NCBI GenBank assembly: GCA_031256975.1
Contig: JAIRPN010000018.1
Span: forward strand, 807-64,806
From: Verrucomicrobiales bacterium
Lineage (GTDB): Bacteria > Verrucomicrobiota > Verrucomicrobiia > Methylacidiphilales > JAAUTS01
Length of the DNA stretch: 64,000 nucleotides
Reading direction: 5' to 3'
This document shows, one piece after another, positions 9,423 through 19,712 of the stretch (its first letter is position 1; the number at the start of each line of letters is the position of its first letter). A program made the position numbers and the translations under genes. The notes beneath the pieces are model-generated. The model saw nothing but the letters and a program-made list of their open reading frames with translations, did not search any database and was not told where the DNA came from.

Positions 9423-9937
9423 TGGCGACAAATTGGTGCGATTTTGAACGTCTCGCCAATGTTGTTATGGAGCAATTTCATGCCGATGCTTATTCGGTGC
9501 ATGGCCCTGCTCATTGGCGTCGGGTTGAGCAAAATGCGTTATGGCTTTCGACCAAAACCGGTGCCGATGTGTTAGTGGTTCGATTGTTTGCCTGGTTTCA
9601 TGATTCGCGGAGAGAAAATGACTTTACCGATCCGTATCATGGACGCAGGGGTGCTGACTACGCGACAAAACTCCGGGGTGAATTGTTTCAATTGGAAGAC
9701 GCTGCGTTTGATCTCTTGTATTATGCCTGTGAATGGCACACGGACAGGGATCATTCGCAAAATGTGACAGTTGGTACTTGCTGGGATGCTGACCGTTTGG
9801 ATTTGGGCAGGGTAGGGATGATACCTTCCGAAGAGTTCATGAGCACCGACTTTGGCAAGGAGGTGGCCAAGGTTGGCTCTTTTTATCCTTTCTTGAACGA
9901 GATAACAGACAGCCTTCGAAAAATAGATGACCGGTAG
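9422..9937 (+). CDS. HD-domain-like phosphohydrolase family protein
   Basis: H..RV and FHDSRR (H-D) motifs are present. The start overlaps the preceding stop (TAATG). GC is visibly lower than in the neighbours. Confidence 0.55.
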   Translation: MATNWCDFERLANVVMEQFHADAYSVHGPAHWRRVEQNALWLSTKTGADVLVVRLFAWFHDSRRENDFTDPYHGRRGADYATKLRGELFQLEDAAFDLLYYACEWHTDRDHSQNVTVGTCWDADRLDLGRVGMIPSEEFMSTDFGKEVAKVGSFYPFLNEITDSLRKIDDR

Positions 9938-10031
9938 AAATTGATTGCCTGGGATTTGATTTTCAGTTCAAACCAAAGGTTAGAACGATTGCTTAATTTT
10001 TTTCGTTTGTAGATAAATCCATAGTGCGGAT

Positions 10032-11006
10032 TTAAGTGAAAAACGGGCGGTCTTTCACCTGTTCAAATTCCTTGTCCAGCAAAGCGGTGTCTTTCGCGGT
10101 TAGCGGGTTGTTCAGGACTTCGCGGATGTTTTCAACGGCGAAGGAGAAGCTTTTGAAATCGCCGTGGGGGATGATGAGGTCGGCACCCATGTTAAAGGTG
10201 TGTTTGAGGGCGCTAATGGCGAGGTCGCGGTTGGTGCTGCTGTCGATGGGTTTGCACCAAGCCTTGGGGTAGGCGGAGTTTTTGCGTTCGTCCTCGTTCA
10301 ACCAGGCGCGGTGGGTGAGCGGTTTGATGGCGAGGATGCCCATGCCGCGTTTCCCGGCTTCGGCGCTAATGGCGACGCCCATTCGGTTGTGACGGGTCAT
10401 CATCCAGTTGAGCGGAAACATGACGGTGTCGAAATCGTACAAGGCGAGCGCCTTGAGGGCGATTTCCTCGTTGTGGGCGCTAAAGCCGAGCTTGCGGACG
10501 CGGCCGTCCTGTTTGAGTTTGGTCATGAGCGTCATCACGCCGCCGGGCCCGAAGGCTTGGTCGAGATCGCTTTGCTGGTGGAGATTGTGCAACTGGTAGA
10601 CGTCGAAATGGCCGGTGTGCAGGAGTTCGAGCGACTTGGTGAATTCGGTTTCGGCTTTGTCGGCAAGCCGTTGTCCGGTTTTGCAGGCGAGGAAGATTTT
10701 GTCGCGGTGGGGCTTCAGCGAGTTGCCGAGTTTTTCCTGCGCGTCGCCGTAGCTGGGGGCGACGTCGAAATAATTGATGCCGTGATCGACGGCCCACGAG
10801 ACGTAGTGGTCGGAGGCCGGCTGGCCGTCGTTCATCGAGACGATGCCGCCGTAGACGACGGGGAAAATCTCAAAGCCGGTTTTGCCGAGCGTGCGTTTGG
10901 GTTTGACTACAGGTTCACTGTTAGCGTCGAGGGCGCGGGCGATTGGATTGACAGCGCCAATGGCGGCGATGGTTGCGGTTTTTTGGATGAAATTCCGGCG
11001 GTTCAT
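10032..11006 (-). CDS. aldo/keto reductase with twin-arginine (Tat) signal
   Basis: The N-terminus MNRRNFIQKTATIAAIGAV is Tat-like. The body is AKR-like (GINYFDVAPSYGD, LGFSAHN). Confidence 0.85.
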   Translation of the reverse strand: MNRRNFIQKTATIAAIGAVNPIARALDANSEPVVKPKRTLGKTGFEIFPVVYGGIVSMNDGQPASDHYVSWAVDHGINYFDVAPSYGDAQEKLGNSLKPHRDKIFLACKTGQRLADKAETEFTKSLELLHTGHFDVYQLHNLHQQSDLDQAFGPGGVMTLMTKLKQDGRVRKLGFSAHNEEIALKALALYDFDTVMFPLNWMMTRHNRMGVAISAEAGKRGMGILAIKPLTHRAWLNEDERKNSAYPKAWCKPIDSSTNRDLAISALKHTFNMGADLIIPHGDFKSFSFAVENIREVLNNPLTAKDTALLDKEFEQVKDRPFFT

Positions 11007-12784
11007 GGTTCCAGTTTAATCCCGTTGTCAAAGCCGCTGCCGTTGACCGTGGCGGTCGCGGTTAGCGGGGATTTGAAGTAGGGGCCGGGGTTGGAGTAGG
11101 TGTTGCCGCTAATGGTGAGCTTGATGCAGAAGTCGAACCAGAACAGGGAGCCGGGGTCGATGCCAATGCCGCTGCCGTTGGTGCTTGGGTGGGTCATGGG
11201 TTGCAGGAAACGGTTGTTGCGAATGGTGACATCGGAGGCACTGGTGATGACGATATTGGGGCCGTCGTTGTTGATGAAGGTGTTGTCCTTGATGAGGATG
11301 TTGCGATGTCCGCCCGTGGACGAGGGGACAAAACGGCCGTATTCGTAGGCGTTGACGGTTAGCGCCCCGGCCTGGCTGTTGCCGGGATGCGACCAATAGT
11401 TGCAACGCTCGATAGTGTTGCGGCGGATGATCAAATTGCGCGCGTAGTCGGATTCGTTCCACACGCCCATTTCCGGTGCGACGACAATGCCGCCCATGGA
11501 GCTGCCCTGGATGGTGCAATCCTCAATCAAACCGTCGCCCGCCTTGATCAGCATGCCGCGGGCGCGGTTGTTGCGGATGGTGCAATGACGGATGACAAAA
11601 CCGTTGCCCAGCATGTCACCATTAGCGACCAGCCAGCCGGACTTGGCGGGTACGGATTGGTCAAGGGTGAGGCGGAAGAATTTCGGGTGGGCGAAATCCT
11701 GGAACAGGCGCAGAGCCTTTGGCGGCGGCGTGGTTAGTTGGTAATCGGGCAGGGGTTCGATATTGGTGACTTTGGCCTCGGCCACGGAGATGCCGCGTTC
11801 GTCGTTGAAGCGCATGCGGTCGCCGGTCTGGCAAAAGGGCGGGTAACGAACCTCGACAATGATTTGGTTGCTAGCGGATTCCATCGTTAGCGCGTAACTG
11901 CCGTGGATCGGCACGCCGTCGTCATTCATGCCCTCAAAATGACAATCCTCCAAAGTAGGTCCCTGCCGGACGCCGCTGCTGTGGAAGGCGTCGGCATTGC
12001 TGGCTATCAGCGGTTGTTCGGTTGCGCCTGTTGGTTTGCCGCCGTAGGTGACGGTATAGCGGTAAGTGTTGCCGCCAAGGCCGCCGTGTTCGTGCACGCA
12101 GAATCCGGCGCCGCCGCTAATGGTGAGGTCGGTGATCTTCATGTTGTGACAGTCGTTAATGTCGATGTCGGTACGGACCAGGCCCCGCCAGGCGACTGCG
12201 GCGCCGACAATCCATCCGACCTGACTGTTGACGGCGCGGGCTTGATGCACGCGGAAGGTGTCGGGGCCAAGTCGTTCAACCGAGCTTGCTTCGCCTTTGT
12301 CATCGAGCCATTGGCGGTTCTGCGGGTTGAATAAATTCAGGACGATCTTGGGGAAAAATTGCGGGTTGTCGAAGTCGGCGGGATAACCGCGATCTACTTG
12401 CACGTCGATGGTTTTGCCGTCGGCGCTAATGGCGAGGATTTTTCCCTGCGAAAACGGCGCGGTTTCGCGGAGCAGCGTCACGCCGTGCAAGGTGACATTG
12501 TCGCATTGTTTAAAACCGATCGAGCTTTTGTCGCGAGAGACAAATACCAAGGTAACGTTAGCGGCCTCGATGCTGAAATTTTTCAGGCCGCTAAAGTTGA
12601 GGTGATGACCGGATTTGCCGTCGGCGCTGAGGTGGTAGGTGCCGGGCGGGATGGTAACGCCTGACTGGTGTTTTTGCCAGGCTTGGTCAATGAGTTGCTG
12701 GAGAGAAGGTTGGTCATTGGCATCGGCTCCGCGCAAGGTGACGGTTAGCGTCAGCAGGATGATTATGACCGTGTTGCGGATCAT
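11003..12784 (-). CDS. secreted right-handed parallel beta-helix repeat protein
   Basis: Signal peptide is present. Repeated N/G/I-rich beta-helix turns occur (IRHCTIRNNRARGMLI, IIRRNTIERC, ILIKDNTFINNDGPNIVI). It overlaps both neighbours by 4 nt, which suggests an operon. Confidence 0.75.
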   Translation of the reverse strand: MIRNTVIIILLTLTVTLRGADANDQPSLQQLIDQAWQKHQSGVTIPPGTYHLSADGKSGHHLNFSGLKNFSIEAANVTLVFVSRDKSSIGFKQCDNVTLHGVTLLRETAPFSQGKILAISADGKTIDVQVDRGYPADFDNPQFFPKIVLNLFNPQNRQWLDDKGEASSVERLGPDTFRVHQARAVNSQVGWIVGAAVAWRGLVRTDIDINDCHNMKITDLTISGGAGFCVHEHGGLGGNTYRYTVTYGGKPTGATEQPLIASNADAFHSSGVRQGPTLEDCHFEGMNDDGVPIHGSYALTMESASNQIIVEVRYPPFCQTGDRMRFNDERGISVAEAKVTNIEPLPDYQLTTPPPKALRLFQDFAHPKFFRLTLDQSVPAKSGWLVANGDMLGNGFVIRHCTIRNNRARGMLIKAGDGLIEDCTIQGSSMGGIVVAPEMGVWNESDYARNLIIRRNTIERCNYWSHPGNSQAGALTVNAYEYGRFVPSSTGGHRNILIKDNTFINNDGPNIVITSASDVTIRNNRFLQPMTHPSTNGSGIGIDPGSLFWFDFCIKLTISGNTYSNPGPYFKSPLTATATVNGSGFDNGIKLEP

Positions 12785-13770
12785 GCGGTTTTGCTGAACA
12801 GCGCCTTGATGGTATCGAAATACGGGCGGTGGTTTTTGGCGAAACGGAGGTGATAGTTCTTCTCGCTGCCTGCGTCGTGGAAGCTGAGCTGGTCGTAGAG
12901 CATGCGGGTTTCGGCGCTAACGGTGAGCCCGGTGCTGTCGAGCAGCAAGGGGGTTTTGCCGGGGACGCTAATGGCGAGCCTGTTGGGGTTGACCTGCACG
13001 AGGTAGGCGCGGCGGTTGCGCGGCAGCTTGGGGATTTTTCCGGTGACCACCGGCACCGACCATTCGATGTTTTCGTTGTTGGCGAGCAGTTGTTCCAGCT
13101 TGTGCTTGATGTCGGGCTTGATGATGAGCGGCAGGGCGATGATATGGTCGGGTTCGACCACCACGGTTTTCAATTTCAGCACGATGAAGCGCGCGCTGTG
13201 GTAGATGTGGCGGAAAATTTTCGGCGCCAGCCACAGGAACAGCGCCAGGAAAATAACCAGGATTACCAGCATCAGCACCGGGTTGACGCAGAGCAGCCAG
13301 ACGCCGGCGACCACCAGCACGTTCTCGATCAGGCTGACGATGGAGTTGGAGACGGGTTCCGGCGAGGTGTTGACCAGCAGCCGCGTGCCGGCTTTGGCGC
13401 TGTGGGTGGTGAGGGAAAAAGCGCCGCAGAGCAAGCCGCTAATGACCAGGGTGGTGGTGGAGAAGTTGCCAACCCCGAGCGCGGCGATGCCGAGGAAGGC
13501 GGCGCCGACCGGGCGGATCACGGTGTGTACCGCGTCCCAAAGGGAGTCGAACCACGGGCATTTGTCGGCGATGAACTCGACCAGCGCCAGCACGCCGCTA
13601 ATGACCAGCACCGCGGGATGGGCGAGGACTTGCAGGTGTTCGAGGCCCGGCGCGGTGTGCAGCCAGCCGGTGTTGAGGATGACGCTAACGGCGAAGACCG
13701 TGAGGTAAAGGCTGAGGCCGGAGAGGGCGGAGAGTCCGAGCGCGGCGGAAATCAGGGCGAGTTCGGTCAT
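12781..13770 (-). CDS. DUF4126-like integral membrane protein with C-terminal soluble extension
   Basis: Start chosen at MTELALISAALGLSALSGL. There are multiple TM helices, the motif FIADKCPWFDSLWD, and a roughly 140-aa non-membrane tail. Confidence 0.65.
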   Translation of the reverse strand: MTELALISAALGLSALSGLSLYLTVFAVSVILNTGWLHTAPGLEHLQVLAHPAVLVISGVLALVEFIADKCPWFDSLWDAVHTVIRPVGAAFLGIAALGVGNFSTTTLVISGLLCGAFSLTTHSAKAGTRLLVNTSPEPVSNSIVSLIENVLVVAGVWLLCVNPVLMLVILVIFLALFLWLAPKIFRHIYHSARFIVLKLKTVVVEPDHIIALPLIIKPDIKHKLEQLLANNENIEWSVPVVTGKIPKLPRNRRAYLVQVNPNRLAISVPGKTPLLLDSTGLTVSAETRMLYDQLSFHDAGSEKNYHLRFAKNHRPYFDTIKALFSKTA

Positions 13771-13961
13771 GGAGGGAATTGTGAAGAGTGAATGGTGAAA
13801 AGTGAAGTCGCAATTACACGCGGCGGCAAATGGCCTGAACAACGGCGAAGGGAAAAGTAAGCCCGGTTCCCGCGAAAACGGTGTCTTGGTTCACGTTTCA
13901 CCATGCACTGTCCAAATATCTGCTTTGCCTTTCACCCCAATTACTTCATAGTGAACGTCTC

Positions 13962-14819
13962 ATGCGTAATTTACTTCCGGTTTTGCTGTTGGTCGGCTTG
14001 GCAGTGGCCTTGCCGGGCTTTGCGGCGCCGGCCGACATGATGCGGTCCGGTTCCAATGCCGTGCAACCGCGCCCGGATGACCAGTCGCCGCCGCCCGCCA
14101 AGGAGCAAAAGGCCCCGGCAGCCGACACGGCTCCCGTGGAGCAGGACGGCACCGATATCCGCTTTTACGGCCACGCCTTCTTGTACCTGACCACCTCGAG
14201 CGGCATCCGCATCGCGTTGAATCCTTTTCCCAACGACCCGAACATGGGCTATACGTTCCCCTCCGGCCTGCCTGCCGACGTGGTGTTGATCAGCGCGGAA
14301 GCCGCCGACCTGTCCGCCAATGACGGGTTTTCCGGTTTGCCGCAGGTGTTTCGCAGCCTGACCGGGTTGGGCGTGAACAATGCCAACGGCCTCCAGTTCC
14401 GCGGCGTGGCGACTTATCGCGACAACGCCGAGCAGCGCAACCCGCGCGGCAATACCGCCTATGTGCTGGAGCTTGACCGGCTGGTGTTTTGCGACTTGGG
14501 CGCCATCGGCCAGGTGCTGGACAAGCGCCAGATCAAGGAAATCGGCCATGTCGACGTGTTGTTCCTGCCGGTGGGCAACCCGCAGTTGAGCGTGGCGGAC
14601 CTGTGGAAACTTGTCGACCAGACCGGCGCCAAGTGGATTGTTCCGGTGATGTACCGCACGCCGAAGTCGCCGTTCCGCGATTTCCGCACGCTGGATGATT
14701 TCCTCAACGCGCCGGAATCGTTGAAGTACGAAAAGACCAGGCTCGACGGCAATGATTACCTGTTTAATTACAAAAAACTCCCGAAGGAACCCACTTTATT
14801 GCTTTATCAATCTCCATGA
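13962..14819 (+). CDS. secreted MBL-fold (metallo-beta-lactamase superfamily) protein
   Basis: The internal ATG at 13962 gives the signal peptide MRNLLPVLLLVGLAVALPGFA. The sequence RFYGHAFLYLTTSSGIRIALNPF is typical of the family. Confidence 0.65.
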   Translation: MRNLLPVLLLVGLAVALPGFAAPADMMRSGSNAVQPRPDDQSPPPAKEQKAPAADTAPVEQDGTDIRFYGHAFLYLTTSSGIRIALNPFPNDPNMGYTFPSGLPADVVLISAEAADLSANDGFSGLPQVFRSLTGLGVNNANGLQFRGVATYRDNAEQRNPRGNTAYVLELDRLVFCDLGAIGQVLDKRQIKEIGHVDVLFLPVGNPQLSVADLWKLVDQTGAKWIVPVMYRTPKSPFRDFRTLDDFLNAPESLKYEKTRLDGNDYLFNYKKLPKEPTLLLYQSP

Positions 14820-16093
14820 AAATTCTAGTAGTCGGCAGTGGCGGCCGTGAACACGCCATCGGTTGGGCCTTGGCCAAGGACGAGCGGGTGACGAAATTAT
14901 GGTTTGCCCCCGGCAACGCCGGAACCGATTCACTGGGCGAAAACCTGCCGCTAAAGGCGACGGATGTCGCCGGAATTAAATCATGGTGCGAAAAGCAGCG
15001 TCCCGAACTGGTGGTGGTGGGGCCGGAAGCACCATTGTGTGCGGGCTTGGTGGACGAATTGTCGGCCCTTGGCATCAAGGCGTTCGGCCCGAATAAGTCC
15101 GGCGCGCGATTGGAAGCGAGCAAGATTTTCACCAAGGATTTGCTGGTCAAGGCGGGGATTCCGACCGCCATTAGCGCCCGTTTCACCGATCTCGCCGAGG
15201 CGCGGGCTTATTGCGCGTCGCAGCCCTATCCGTTGGTCATCAAGGCCGACGGCCTGGCGGCGGGCAAGGGCGTGATCATCGCTTCGTCATTAGCGGAGGC
15301 CGACGAGGCGCTCGACCAGATCATGGCGAAGAAAGTGTTCGGCACCTCGGGCGACAGCGTGTTGATCGAGGAATTTTTGCAAGGCCAGGAAGCGTCGATC
15401 CACGCGGTGACCGACGGCACGGATTATGTGTTGATGCCCAGTTCACAGGATCACAAGCGCATCCGTGACAACGACGAAGGTCCGAACACCGGCGGCATGG
15501 GCGCCTACGCTCCCGCGCCGGTCGTGACCGATTCGCTGTTGGCGACCGTTGAGGAGCAGGTGATCCGCCCGATCATTAGCGTGCTGAAATCCGAGGGCAT
15601 TGATTACCAGGGCGTGTTGTACGCCGGATTGATGCTGACCCCGCAGGGGCCGAAGGTGTTGGAATTCAACTGCCGGTTCGGCGACCCGGAAACCGAAGTG
15701 TTGCTGCCGCTGTTGCAAACGCCGTTGCTGGACTTGCTGTTGGCGACCGTGGATCGCGGCATTGGCAAATTGAATTTTGAATTGAAAAAAGACAGCGCCA
15801 TGACCGTGGTGTTGGCGGCGGAGGGTTATCCCGAGAACCCGATGATGGGGGCGGTAATCCACGGGCTGGTTGCCGCGCCGACGATGTTATTCCATGCCGG
15901 GACCACGCGGCGCGACGACGGCAAGGTCGTGGTTAGCGGCGGCCGGGTGCTGGCGGCGACAGGGGTCGGACACGATTTGTATGATGCGCGGCGCCAGGCT
16001 TACAAGATTGCCGCGGACATCCGTTTCGACGGCAAGCAGTACCGCTTGGACATCGGCAAGAAAGCGCTGGATTTGATCGAGAGCGGCAAATAA
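14816..16093 (+). CDS. purD: phosphoribosylamine--glycine ligase
   Basis: MKILVVGSGGREHAIGWAL.., ATP-grasp core and C-terminal ..VSGGRVLAATG. The full-length match to PurD is recognisable by eye. Confidence 0.95.
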   Translation: MKILVVGSGGREHAIGWALAKDERVTKLWFAPGNAGTDSLGENLPLKATDVAGIKSWCEKQRPELVVVGPEAPLCAGLVDELSALGIKAFGPNKSGARLEASKIFTKDLLVKAGIPTAISARFTDLAEARAYCASQPYPLVIKADGLAAGKGVIIASSLAEADEALDQIMAKKVFGTSGDSVLIEEFLQGQEASIHAVTDGTDYVLMPSSQDHKRIRDNDEGPNTGGMGAYAPAPVVTDSLLATVEEQVIRPIISVLKSEGIDYQGVLYAGLMLTPQGPKVLEFNCRFGDPETEVLLPLLQTPLLDLLLATVDRGIGKLNFELKKDSAMTVVLAAEGYPENPMMGAVIHGLVAAPTMLFHAGTTRRDDGKVVVSGGRVLAATGVGHDLYDARRQAYKIAADIRFDGKQYRLDIGKKALDLIESGK

Positions 16094-16116
16094 GCTTTGG
16101 CAGGTTGACACATCGC

Positions 16117-17298
16117 ATGCGGACGGTTTTGAACGTATTTTTGCTGGTTAGCGTCTCGTTCATTTCGGGAACGATGGTCACCTATTTTTTCTTTGTCGAA
16201 TATCCCAAGCTGAAGCAGGGCGAGGCGATTGTGAAAAGCATCACCGGCAAGCCCGGCAGCGGCGCTAACGGCGCGCCGGTCCTGCCGCCGAAGGTTCCCG
16301 GCACGGTGATGGAACCGGATCCCTACGCGCAGACGCCCGCGGTTAGCGACCCCCAGAAAGTCCTGACGGCGCAGCCGGAGGAGGCGGGTGAGATTATCGA
16401 TCTGCTCAGGACCCAGTTCATCAACGCCTCCGCGCTGATCAGCCAGCAATTGTCGCCGGACACGTTGAACGACCTGCTCGCCAAGTACGGCGACAAGGCC
16501 AAGATCAGCGAGACGGCGTTGATGACGGCCGATCCGAAGGCGAAAACCATCCTGCAGACATTGTCGCAGAACAACGTGGTGTACTGGCGTCCGGCTGATT
16601 TCTCATCGAAGGAACAGGACAATTTTCTCAAGCAATGGGACACGCTAAAGGCGGGCAATCCGAAGGGACTGATCATTGACGTGCGCAATTTCCGCGACGG
16701 CAACAATCTGGCCGGTGCGGCCTGGGTAATCGGCCTGTTCACTTCCCCGCAGGACGTGCTGTTCAGTGTCGAGGGCCTGAATTTCCCGCAGCAGTTGTTC
16801 CGTTCGCAACACCAGCCGCTCGACCTGAAGCAAAATTTCCCGATTCTCGTGCTGGTCAATGGCGACACCCGTGGCGCGGCCGAGGCGCTGGCCTTTGTGC
16901 TGAAACAAAAGGGCACCGCGATCGTGATCGGCAGGCGCACCGCGGGCGAGGGTGGCTTGTTCACGGAGACCCGCCTGAAAAGCGGGCGTTTTATCCGTTT
17001 GGCCACCGCCCAGATCAGCGGCTTTGACGGCAGCAACCTGCTCGGCACCCCGCTGGTGCCGGATATCCAGGTGGAGGTGACCAAGCAGGCCGATAACGAA
17101 GCTTATTACGGGGCGTATCGTTACGGCATCCAGAATGTCGCCTCTGCCAGGGCCATGGACCGCGGGCTGGTCAAGGAGCGCGAGGAGATGGATCTGCCGC
17201 TGGACAACAGCCTGATTGATGACAAAACCCCGCACGACATGATCCTGAATACCGCCAACGACGTGCTGGCCGGAATTGTCCTGAGCCAGGGTAAATGA
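16117..17298 (+). CDS. S41 (C-terminal processing) peptidase-like protein, probably non-catalytic
   Basis: ATG 16117 lies within ORF 16105..17298. There is an N-terminal TM helix. The S41 core block is LIIDVRNFRDGN..ILVLVNGDTRGAAEALAFVLKQKGTAIVIGRRTAGEG. The usual Ser and Lys of the dyad appear to be replaced. Confidence 0.7.
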   Translation: MRTVLNVFLLVSVSFISGTMVTYFFFVEYPKLKQGEAIVKSITGKPGSGANGAPVLPPKVPGTVMEPDPYAQTPAVSDPQKVLTAQPEEAGEIIDLLRTQFINASALISQQLSPDTLNDLLAKYGDKAKISETALMTADPKAKTILQTLSQNNVVYWRPADFSSKEQDNFLKQWDTLKAGNPKGLIIDVRNFRDGNNLAGAAWVIGLFTSPQDVLFSVEGLNFPQQLFRSQHQPLDLKQNFPILVLVNGDTRGAAEALAFVLKQKGTAIVIGRRTAGEGGLFTETRLKSGRFIRLATAQISGFDGSNLLGTPLVPDIQVEVTKQADNEAYYGAYRYGIQNVASARAMDRGLVKEREEMDLPLDNSLIDDKTPHDMILNTANDVLAGIVLSQGK

Positions 17299-17383
17299 GG
17301 TGGTCTTTTCCCTGTAAGGGGAGAATCTTTGAATTTAGCGTTGTCCTTTTGCCCGTTGAATTTTAGTATTTCCTTTCCTCACT

Positions 17384-19552
17384 ATGCACGTTGTTTTTGT
17401 CTGTACCGGAAATGTTTGCCGCAGCCCGATGGCGGAAGGACTGTTCCGTGACATGATGAAATCCAGACCCGGTTTCACCGCCTCGTCCGCCGGCATTGGC
17501 GCCGCTAACGGGCAGCCGCCGAGCACGTTTTCCACCGAGGCGATGCGCGAGCTGAAGATCGACATCAGCGGCCTGCGCAGCAAGATGATCACGCCGGAGA
17601 TGGTGGCCAAGGCCGACCTGATCCTGGCGATGACCTACGGGCATCACGACACGCTCCAATTGTTGTTCCCGGACGCCGCCGACAAGATTTTCCTGCTGCG
17701 GGAATTCGAGGTGAATTCCGCCAACGATTATCTCGAGATTGACGATCCGATTGGCATGCCCTTGCCGGTGTACCGCCGTTGCCGCGACCAGATTCGCAAC
17801 GCGGTGAAGGCGCTGGTGGATGTGTTGCTGGAGGAGCGCCGCGGTGCCGTCAAATCACCGCAGGAGCGGATTCTGATCGGCGGCGACCTGGCGGTGGCGG
17901 AGTTGCGTGAAGCCCTGGCCAAGGAATTGAAGAAAAACGGCCACGAAGTCGCCGACCTGGCGGTTAGCGCCGAGACCGGCACCCAGTCGCCGTCCAGCCA
18001 GACCGCGGCGATGGCCGGGGAGATCGACGCGGGCCGCGCCGGCTTGGCGGTGTGGGTGGGCAAGTCCAAGTCCGCCATCAGCGCCAAGAACTTTCCCGGC
18101 CTGCGCATTGCCACCCTGCATGACGAGGCCGAGGCGCGGGCGATCCGCGAGTACACCAATGCCAACGTGGTGTGCCTGCCGGGCAACGAGTTGAATTTCA
18201 AGCAAGCCTATGCCATCTTGAAAACATGGCTGAACGCGGACGCCGAGGGCGGCCGCAACGGCAAACGCCGCAGAAAACTAGAAAACATCAAAGCACAAAT
18301 CAATATGAGCTCCAACAACCCGTCACTCGAACAAGCCGATCCCGAAATTTTCCACGCGATAGCCGAGGAAAAGGAACGGCAATTCAAGAATATCGAACTG
18401 ATCGCCTCGGAAAACTTTGTCAGCCGCGCGGTGATGGAAGCGCAGGGCTCCTGCCTGACCAACAAGTACGCGGAGGGTTATCCCGGCAAGCGCTGGTACG
18501 GCGGTTGCGAGAATGTCGACGTGGTGGAGCAGCTGGCGATTGACCGCGCCAAGCAGCTGTTCGGCGCGGATCATGTGAACGTGCAGCCGCATTCCGGTTC
18601 GCAGGCCAACACCGCGGTGTATTTCTCGGTGCTGAAGGTCGGCGACCGCATCCTGACCATGGACTTGTCGCACGGCGGCCACCTGACGCACGGTCACAAG
18701 ATGAACTTCTCCGGCAAATTGTTCGAGGTGATGCACTACGGTGTCAGCCCGAAGGACGAGGCGATTGACTACGACGACCTGCAGAAAAAGGCCGAGGAAT
18801 TCAAGCCCAAGATGATCACCGTCGGGGCCTCGGCGTATTCGCGCATCATCGATTTCAAGCGCATGGGCGAGATCGCCAAGTCGGTCGGTGCCTATCTGTT
18901 TGCCGACATCGCCCACATCGCGGGCTTGGTGGCGACCGGCATGCACCCGTCGCCGATCGGTTATGCGGATTTCGTGACCACCACCACGCACAAGACCCTG
19001 CGCGGCCCGCGCGGCGGCTTGATCATGTGCCGTGAGCAGTTTGCCAAGGACGTCGACGCCAATGTGTTCCCCGGCTTCCAGGGCGGACCGTTGATGCATG
19101 TTATCGCGGCGAAGGCGGTTTGTTTCGGCGAGGCGCTGAAGCCCGAGTTCAAGACCTACCAGCAACAGGTGGCGCGCAACGCCAAGGCGCTGTGCGAGGG
19201 CATGAAGAAGAACGGTTACCGCATCGTTAGCGGCACCACCGAGAACCATGTCATGCTGGTCGACGTGCAGCCGCAGGGCATCACCGGCAAGGACGTGCAG
19301 GAAACCCTGGACAAGGCCGGTATCACGGTGAACAAGAACGCCATTCCGTTCGACAAGCAATCGCCGTTCAAGGCGGGCGGTTTCCGCATTGGTTCCCCGG
19401 CGGTGACCAGCCGCGGCATGAAGGAAGACGAAATGTTCGACATCGCCAACTTCATCCATGAAGGCATCCAAAAGCGCGGCGACGAACAGGCGCTGGCTGA
19501 GTTGCAAAAGAAGGTGCACGCCTTCACGGTGAATTACCCGCTGCCGGGTTAA
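17384..19552 (+). CDS. glyA: single ORF fusing LMW phosphatase, degenerate RpiB-like module and serine hydroxymethyltransferase
   Basis: The N-terminus [13 protein letters not shown] (CX5R P-loop) plus DDPIG indicates an LMW phosphatase. The middle resembles RpiB/LacAB (ILIGGDLAV.., [18 protein letters not shown]). From ATG 18305 a full SHMT is present ([37 protein letters not shown]). There is no stop codon anywhere in 17384..19552. Confidence 0.8.
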   Translation: MHVVFVCTGNVCRSPMAEGLFRDMMKSRPGFTASSAGIGAANGQPPSTFSTEAMRELKIDISGLRSKMITPEMVAKADLILAMTYGHHDTLQLLFPDAADKIFLLREFEVNSANDYLEIDDPIGMPLPVYRRCRDQIRNAVKALVDVLLEERRGAVKSPQERILIGGDLAVAELREALAKELKKNGHEVADLAVSAETGTQSPSSQTAAMAGEIDAGRAGLAVWVGKSKSAISAKNFPGLRIATLHDEAEARAIREYTNANVVCLPGNELNFKQAYAILKTWLNADAEGGRNGKRRRKLENIKAQINMSSNNPSLEQADPEIFHAIAEEKERQFKNIELIASENFVSRAVMEAQGSCLTNKYAEGYPGKRWYGGCENVDVVEQLAIDRAKQLFGADHVNVQPHSGSQANTAVYFSVLKVGDRILTMDLSHGGHLTHGHKMNFSGKLFEVMHYGVSPKDEAIDYDDLQKKAEEFKPKMITVGASAYSRIIDFKRMGEIAKSVGAYLFADIAHIAGLVATGMHPSPIGYADFVTTTTHKTLRGPRGGLIMCREQFAKDVDANVFPGFQGGPLMHVIAAKAVCFGEALKPEFKTYQQQVARNAKALCEGMKKNGYRIVSGTTENHVMLVDVQPQGITGKDVQETLDKAGITVNKNAIPFDKQSPFKAGGFRIGSPAVTSRGMKEDEMFDIANFIHEGIQKRGDEQALAELQKKVHAFTVNYPLPG

Positions 19553-19574
19553 AAATTTTCCATTGTCGGTTTGG

Positions 19575-19614
19575 AAGACGCCAACGGCGAAGTTTGCCGT
19601 TGGCGTCTTTTTTA
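19575..19614 (+). terminator. rho-independent terminator after glyA
   Basis: aagacgccaacggc-gaagtt-gccgttggcgtctt is followed by ttttatt. Confidence 0.8.
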
Positions 19615-19712
19615 TTAATTTGCCAAGACTTCGTGATTAGTGTTCCCGATTTAAAGGGGTTTGGCATTTTTGCGTTTGCCCTTAATTTATGTGTGGGATT
19701 CATCACAAGTCT

